From the NCBI GenBank assembly GCA_964552045.1, contig CAZKFF010000001.1, positions 64,120 through 128,119 of the forward strand: 64,000 nucleotides of DNA, given 5' to 3'. Position numbers and translations under genes: made by a program. Source of the stretch: an uncultured Candidatus Saccharibacteria bacterium. GTDB taxonomy: Bacteria; Patescibacteriota; Minisyncoccia; Phycocordibacterales; UBA918. Within the stretch, counting starts at the first letter, position 1. Every line of letters begins with the position of its first letter. Positions 60,501 to 64,000 of this stretch are shown here, one piece after another. The notes beneath the pieces were generated by a model. It was not told the DNA's origin and ran no database searches. It saw nothing but the letters and a program-made list of their open reading frames with translations.

Positions 60501-62690
60501 ATTACCGTAGGCGATGGATCTCCATGTCCAGGTGGGGACGTTGTGCGTTGCCCATGTCTCTCCGTCATGTTCAAAACTTGAGACCAACAAACGCCGCGCT
60601 CCGTCTGCAGTCATCACGCGGTTGGTTCCGGAGTCTGCAACCGCAACCAGCAATCCGTCTCCGTAGACCACGGATACCCACGAGCTTGCGTTCGCATCAT
60701 CAACGGCCGTCCACGTGATGCCGTCGGGCGAGGTCATGACCTGATCACTAACATCTGCCACTGCAACAGCCACGAAGTAATCTCCTGTATGCGTCACTGC
60801 TGTCCACGATCCGGTTTCGGGAACAGTACGGACTGTCCACGTGATGCCATCAGGAGAACTCATGACGCTATGGGTACCCTCGTTGAGAGAGCCTACCGCT
60901 ACATACATGCCGTCGCCGTAGGCTACGCTATTCCACCAGTTGTGTTCGGCTGCGGTTTGATTCGTCCATGTGATGCCGTCGGGCGAGGTCTCGACACGAT
61001 TGTCACCCACAGCCACAAACTGTCCATTGCCGTACGTCACAGAGTAGATACCATTCCCCGAGGAAGCCGTTCCTGAAACCCACGAAAGGCCGTCATCTGA
61101 ATACATTGCCGTACCCGTGAATGAGAGCGCCACAAATCTGCCCTCGCCATAACTGATCGAGGACCAGGCTTGCGCTGAAGCGGCACTGCGTGACGTCCAC
61201 GTGATGCCGTCGGGTGAGGTCATGACGCGGTTGGTGCCGTCTTCAGACACTGCCACAAATAAACCTTCCCCGTAGGTCACTTGTGTCCAGGTATTTGCTG
61301 CAGCAGCAGTGCGGTTCGTCCACGTGATGCCGTCGGGCGAGGTCATGACGCGGTTGGTGCCGCTTTCAGCCAAAGCAACAAACAGGCCTTCACCATAGGT
61401 GACTGATTTCCACAGATTGGCCTGTGATGCGCTGCGTGCAGTCCAATGCGTACCATCGTGTATCACCAGTTCCGTTGAGGAGCCAGTTATCAGGTTCCCC
61501 ATTTCGACAGCATCGCCGCTTATGGTGGAGTCTGTCGGCATCTGCGTTTCACCGGAAGACAGGTCAAGTGTACCGTTGTTTCCCAGGTCTCCCCCGAACA
61601 CTGTGGTGGTGGCACCAGTGAACGAGTCTCCATCACCCACATAGAATTTCTGTCCCTCTTCGATAAAGAGCATGCCTTCAACTTCATTGGCTATGAATGG
61701 AACATCACTATCTTGTAGCCCATCGTAAATAGCCATGTCGTCGATGGTCACCGCATCGGTGTCCTCATTGCGGACTATGACATGATCCTTATAGAGATCC
61801 AATCCCGATACAGCATTGGAGGCATCTGCGAGCGTAGTTATCACGGCAGCTCTGGTAGCCGGATCGCCATCGACCCATGTGACCACCGGCGTGCCCGCGG
61901 TAATGCCGGATGAGTTTGGTGTTATGGTCCAGTCTCCACTGCTGTCTGTTGTCGCAGACGCAACAGTCACTGGAGTGGTTGTACCTATGGCGATCTTAAT
62001 GGTCTTTCCAGATGTAATAGCCGTACTGCCTTCATCGGAATACAGAGTTCCCGATAAGCTCAGCGGAGGAAGCGTATAGTCGACCTCAATAGTGACATAG
62101 TCCACGTCGACATCAGCATTTGCAGCGGTAGCGAGTACGCCGAGCGCAATCCCGAAATCTGGATCTTTTATCCAGCTTGCTGTCAGCGTATTTCCCCACA
62201 GATTGGACGAACCTCCTTTCGTGATAACGGTGGAATTCGTGGTCGTCAGTGCCGTTGGGGTCGAGCACAGATTTGTGCCGACTTTTGCCCCGGAAGCATT
62301 GAGCAGCTGGCAGAGATCGAGCGAGCCGGACCCGTTTCCTGACCTGTAGAATGCATTGACACGTACGGTTATTCCATTGATGGTCGAGCCATCCGGAATG
62401 GAGCTGAAGTCAAAACCGGTCGCTTTAAGTACAGTGGTCTGGTCTCCGCTATCGTACTGCGATGCTGTCACATTGGCGGTGGCTCCATCATCTGCATAGA
62501 TGTTCGTTGGGGTGACCCAGTCATTGTCTGACCACGGTGATTCAGAAACGCCTGTACCCGAGGTCGGAAATACTGCACCAGTGGTTGCCGCTTCTGCTGT
62601 ATGCGTTCCAAAAAAGAACAGCGCGCTGAGCAGGAGCACATATATATGCATCTTTGCCTGCGTATTCTGTTGTAATAAATGAGTTTTCAT
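51600..62690 (-). CDS. Giant secreted multi-beta-propeller protein (3696 aa)
   Basis: Signal ending TAEA; five blocks of VMTSPDGITW (Asp-box/BNR-like) blades; three blocks of YTLSTP(W/Y)DISTA blades; homologous N- and C-terminal domains. Confidence 0.9.
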   Translation of the reverse strand: MKTHLLQQNTQAKMHIYVLLLSALFFFGTHTAEAATTGAVFPTSGTGVSESPWSDNDWVTPTNIYADDGATANVTASQYDSGDQTTVLKATGFDFSSIPDGSTINGITVRVNAFYRSGNGSGSLDLCQLLNASGAKVGTNLCSTPTALTTTNSTVITKGGSSNLWGNTLTASWIKDPDFGIALGVLATAANADVDVDYVTIEVDYTLPPLSLSGTLYSDEGSTAITSGKTIKIAIGTTTPVTVASATTDSSGDWTITPNSSGITAGTPVVTWVDGDPATRAAVITTLADASNAVSGLDLYKDHVIVRNEDTDAVTIDDMAIYDGLQDSDVPFIANEVEGMLFIEEGQKFYVGDGDSFTGATTTVFGGDLGNNGTLDLSSGETQMPTDSTISGDAVEMGNLITGSSTELVIHDGTHWTARSASQANLWKSVTYGEGLFVALAESGTNRVMTSPDGITWTNRTAAAANTWTQVTYGEGLFVAVSEDGTNRVMTSPDGITWTSRSAASAQAWSSISYGEGRFVALSFTGTAMYSDDGLSWVSGTASSGNGIYSVTYGNGQFVAVGDNRVETSPDGITWTNQTAAEHNWWNSVAYGDGMYVAVGSLNEGTHSVMSSPDGITWTVRTVPETGSWTAVTHTGDYFVAVAVADVSDQVMTSPDGITWTAVDDANASSWVSVVYGDGLLVAVADSGTNRVMTADGARRLLVSSFEHDGETWATHNVPTWTWRSIAYGNGLFVTVGSGTGVMTSTDGENWVEHDDSLPDNTWESVTFGNDTFVAVSSDGTDRAAYSSDGITWDTTSVSLSAWKSVAYGNGTFVAVAGSGTDRVMTSPDGITWSMKSASQANTWNSVAYGNNIFVAVAQDGTNRVMTSPDGTTWTNRTAASAQQWVGLGYGNGLFVATSWGGDIMTSQDGTTWTSRTKPDISNVVDVAYGGGVYVAVSSFHTTNDRIMTSPDGITWSLATTPVANSLSSVTFAEGKFVAVSLDGTDRVMTSESGSYALTTQTFSTDAEVNDLSITATSTVVAPSVLTINGDYTNDGVFTAGDGTVTVAVENNTVGYDLSSASYDAVSLGVTETNAYGMDFSRDGEHLYVLGYDADNIRWYTLGTPWDISTASYQGAFNVGGLDDFPNAVYVKDDGTKVYFTGDSSDAVAELSLSTPYDITTATYVDAFFFTEETKPFGLAFNADGTRLYIAGDNSDSIHAYTLSPAWDVSTAVYEESFSFSAQDTSVSGIHFSTDGTKLFFFGWQDVYGYTLSTPFDISTASYTNSFSPIAQVSGGLQVKFSDDGVKMFILDIDDDAVYQYTTGTEGTGTPDTDKVFAGNMTGENAFNVFTISAEDSDITFADDAETSDLTIGGTAALNAPSGTLTVNGNLINNGTFSNDGLLVITGSSTVSGTLTGSSTLGNVTATSSGEFFNSAAVWQEGSASKSSQWSAITYGGGTFVAVSWDGDVMSSPDGVTWTTRTQPVGDSWQWVTYGDGLFVAVASTGSNRVMTSPDGITWTSRTAAAMNNWSSVTYGNGLFVAVACGVNASSCNTTGGGYRVMVSEDGIIWTGVVAPEANQWKNVTYGNGLFVAVASTGSDRVMTSPDGITWTSRSAASASGWQRVVYGEGRFVAVSETDTAMSSEDGITWTTRITPGNSDWYGLAYGGGYFAALGDPLTGSTYLMISPDGITWTEVTTPNTNFFISMTYGEGKFVSASTDGTNQVLYSSDGTYGNTISLSSTASTTDLTIGGQTTLIAPAELTISGDYANTGVFAHHNGIVNFDGSGIQAFSGGMTGSSAFNAVSFSGNGTKTFSDNASTSDFTIASGATVEAPEVLTITGDYTNNGTFDSGSGLTYIVGTTTASTTAIASWDITTATYDGVAYSVTSQESQVTSLAFKPDGTKFFINGYNSDAVAEYSLSSAWDVTTASYVNEFSTASQDSFVEKVSFSSDGTKMFALGSGNDRVFQYTLSSAWDVTTASYDSVSFSVTTQDATPFGMTFKQDGTRMYIGGDANNRVYSYTLSTPWDISSASYDSKSFSVNTQQTNIQDVAFNDDGTKMFVSGYLNDYISPYTLSTPWDVTTAVYDGTSISVTSQEDFPDGFEFKPDGSKMYVHGESASDIFPYSLDYSETTTYTGTTTLSGNMTGSSAFNDITIDAPQLFVPDGANWTAQNQSENSTWSAITYGNGTFVALAYTGTNRVMTSPDGITWTSRSASQANSWNSLTYGEGLFVAVAGNGTNQVMTSPDGVTWTNRSAAAQNEWYSVTYGGGQFVAIAHNNIDGTATCSTSCVMTSPDGITWTARTAAAANKWERVVYGEGLYVAIASTGTDLVMTSPDGITWTSRNVPGSTWYGLGYGGGTFVAVAYDNVMTSEDGITWSIVSSGYEANSWQSVTYGGGLFVAVSPDGTNQIMTSSDNGANWTPRASINVNKWWDIVYGENKFVAIAQQTSAGATCTTNCVMTSADGELLGEVVFANNASTSDLSITEDTYVTAPSQFSIAGDYENNGTIDWGNGTTTIHGGTQTFSGNLTGSSSFGTLEVASVDTPVVEGGQTWTVRTAAEANQWHSVTYGNGQFVAVALTGTNRVMTSPDGITWTARTAAAANQWRSVTYGDGLFVAVSQDGTNRVMTSPDGITWTVRTAAEANQWRSVTYGDDLFVAVSSDGTNRVMTSPDGITWTARSATEANTWTSVTYGDGLFVAVSQDGTNRVMTSPDGITWTARAAEASSWISVVHGNGTFVAVAQAGTNRVMSSEDGITWTSHSATEASFWHSVSYGNGLFVAVSLGGTDQVMTSPDGITWTARQEGAASSWRSVTYGNGTFVAVAQSGTDLVMTSPGNTGGVPVTTFTDPVEAAKLVAITPGITLEFPADATSTFASIQIDGAENDEIVLRSTQDGTQWGLDADTQISVTYVDVMDSNACDSASTITAASSTDSGNNDCWDITAPAGGGGAGTISSASNQIFGYGQATTSIAAITITDAETPTITAANDLRITIDTTKTNMKWDTTDTTAVFGGTASGKVSNPVSYEDSGATLVVPVSNDFSGGDTLTISGLSFTQFNALAAPTSTLSFVVDQESGSYDVSTAIFNGISLSVSSQEDAPRAMLFNNNGTTLYVMGSTGDDINAYTLSTPYDISTATFDEIALSVAAQEINPRSMLFNNTGTVLYVMGTSGLDINTYTLSTPYDISTATFDEIAFSVSAEGSFPYDMEFNNTGTVLYVVQASGGEINAYTLSTPYDISTATFDEIAFSVLSEENAPSDIFFNNTGTVLYVVGLTGQDINAYTLSTPYDISTATFDEIAFSVAAQESAPAAALFNNDGTTLYVMGYTGDDINAYTLDPVAATGVHDDKTVAIYGAANLADHTAGQIDNAFSYQNKSDEPLFAFNLAPVGENATITSAVFTLSGIHRIDSSNIGDFKLYRDNNSNGTADASDNQIGGTGVLAITGQSGTITFSTSWDATTTKDYVLTGDVTGVHTNEYLTIDLNRNGVTGTGATTEGVVVPLGGVTSVQHIRGGNKGGGSLFSAEVGDDAPEGDGDIGGGGNNGGGGVGEEDNGEQIGNEPGFKAPTATGELYNEWTNGSNALTSDDVYATAASADLRQSYSVFGFNVPAGNTVTGIEVKLEASGSTGAGTIQVALSWNGDESVTATKATSVLTGSDAVYTLGGASDTWGRSWSPSDLSGGNFFVRVIDQPDQNTVKVDAIQVKPYTQAGGGGGGGGGEI
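52855..53395 (-). repeat. 156-bp period internal repeats (4 copies of YTLSTPYDISTATFDEIA)
   Basis: AACGCGATCTCGTCG recurs at 52861, 53017 and 53173; about 70 nt identical between adjacent copies. Confidence 0.9.
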
Positions 62691-62700
62691 ACGTTATGCG

Positions 62701-64000
62701 TTATGCAGTGGGGGTCTGTTGCGGTTCTTCCTGCGGGCTTTCTTCGGCCGGTGCTTCTGCTGTCGCTTCTTCCTGTGGTTCTTCCGGCTGTACCTGTTCT
62801 TCTTCTGTGATTTCTTCAGATGCTTCCTGCGGCGGTTCAATCTCTTCTGTAGGTGTTTCTTGTTCCTGCGGTTGCTCCTGTTGCGGTTCTTCAGTTTCTG
62901 GTTCTTCCTGCGGCGGTGTTTCTGGCTGTTCCTGTTCCCCTGTACTGCTTTCTATCTGCGTATCTTCTTCCTCCTGCGCCGCTGCTTCGCCGCTTCCCTC
63001 TGGGGACGCGGGCGCTTCCTGCGGCGGCGGTGCTACCGGTTCTCCTGAACCCGAACCGCCTTCTGGACGATTAACCTCCTGCAGAAGCGCGCGCAAATCA
63101 TCGGCAGTGAGACACACGCCGTCAACGCAGAGCTGATTCTCGACGTACACATTCTCTGCACGCAAGCCCGTGATCGAGAGGACGCCATCGACGAATCCCT
63201 GCGCAAGCGTCTTAATGCGGCTCCAGAGTGTCTCTTCACCGTCGCCGTCAAGCACGAGATTAGTCGATGTGGAAGTCAGCTCCGCAAGGATCGTTTCGGT
63301 GTTTGCAGGCTGCCAGCCCAAGTTCACAAACATAAGCGCCTGTCCCACACGCACCTCTTCTCCGTCTGCAGTCTCCATCTCTGCAGCATCTTCGCGAGCA
63401 AGTTTACGAAGCGCCTGCTGCATGTTTTCGTGCTCATCAGAGATCGCCGACTCAACGGATTGGAAGCGTTCAACATCGCGCGGCGTGCATTCCTCTTCTT
63501 TCTCACCAAGTGCGCCGCCGCCGCCGAAGTAGCAGCCGTCATTGATGCGCTCGTCTTGCTCAACAGAGTCAGGCGTGGTGTCAGGTTCAGCGATGTCATC
63601 GCCGAACTGATCGATGAATCCCTCCGAGTAGGCATAGTCGCCGTTGAAGTCCTCAAGCGCAACGCCGACCACAGTGCCGCTCTCTGTTGCTTTCATGCCG
63701 ATTCCCGGAATAGACGAGAGCATGATCTTGTCTCCGGCGTTGATCGGTCCGTTCTCTGTTGAGAGCTTGACCGGAACACGTCCCTTAAGTGCAACTGGAT
63801 ATCCTTCCTGGCCGGAGATAAGCGACGAGTCATCGAATCCGAGCGTGAGGCCCGGTTTGGTCGAGACCACTCCGATGATATTGCCTGCATTGGTGCTGTC
63901 TGCCTTTTCAATACTGAGGATTCCTGCGGTTGCGATGATCTCGCCCGGCTGCAGGTCTTGTGACGAGAAGTACATTTCGGCCAAGTCTGAGTTGCCGACT
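62701..64000 (-). CDS. 5'-truncated fibre-like protein: peptidase G2-like intramolecular-chaperone domain plus acidic Pro/Glu/Gln tail
   Basis: Frame open to the window edge (VGNSDLAEMYFS); GVVSTKPG, VALKGRVPVK, LCVDGVCLT. Confidence 0.75.
   Translation of the reverse strand, partial: VGNSDLAEMYFSSQDLQPGEIIATAGILSIEKADSTNAGNIIGVVSTKPGLTLGFDDSSLISGQEGYPVALKGRVPVKLSTENGPINAGDKIMLSSIPGIGMKATESGTVVGVALEDFNGDYAYSEGFIDQFGDDIAEPDTTPDSVEQDERINDGCYFGGGGALGEKEEECTPRDVERFQSVESAISDEHENMQQALRKLAREDAAEMETADGEEVRVGQALMFVNLGWQPANTETILAELTSTSTNLVLDGDGEETLWSRIKTLAQGFVDGVLSITGLRAENVYVENQLCVDGVCLTADDLRALLQEVNRPEGGSGSGEPVAPPPQEAPASPEGSGEAAAQEEEDTQIESSTGEQEQPETPPQEEPETEEPQQEQPQEQETPTEEIEPPQEASEEITEEEQVQPEEPQEEATAEAPAEESPQEEPQQTPTA

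Noticed and set aside
51600-62690. Repeats as a diversity-generating retroelement TR/VR pair
   Set aside because: All copies are coding blades, differences are not evidently adenine-specific, and no reverse transcriptase is seen in the window
1-64000. Alternative genetic code (UGA=Gly as in Gracilibacteria/Absconditabacteria)
   Set aside because: Conserved genes are full length under code 11 and several end at TGA (rnr, prfA, gap, rnhB)

Overview
Gene-dense bacterial chromosome segment (genetic code 11). Its streamlined housekeeping genes (short SMC, ThrRS lacking TGS, short PheS/PheT, short EF-Ts, split transketolase, NusB-NUDIX and RpiB-Rpe fusions), near-leaderless starts and rich surface-protein set suggest a Patescibacteria/CPR (Parcubacteria-like) organism; this is inference, no database search was possible. 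Core genes: khpA, rpsP, rnr, smc, rnc, nusB, rpmF, rnhB, dnaE, thrS (behind a T-box riboswitch), gyrB, pheST, tRNA-Thr(UGU), tsf, rpsB, prfA, rpmE2, rplY and a pentose-phosphate/gap cluster. Accessory content is mainly cell-surface: two paralogous type IV pilins, a sortase beside a VPYTG substrate, an AT-rich M23 peptidase islet, a WxL/DUF916-like cluster, a 3696-aa multi-propeller protein and a 5'-truncated fibre-like protein with a peptidase-G2-like autocleavage domain. The most striking unexplained signal is a Y-x-Q-[SGT]-[SGDNA]-Y hexapeptide repeat shared by three unrelated surface proteins (19 copies in a pilin, 16 in the sortase substrate, 2 in a Cys-rich secreted protein). The sortase-substrate gene also has an A9/A-AAA-AAG site followed by a hairpin, which decides whether a cytoplasmic domain is appended. 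Other notable items are a compact T-box, a tRNA whose flanks extend the acceptor stem by 14 perfect bp, and a tRNA-half att-like scar. No CRISPR array, rRNA, integrase or transposase was recognised.
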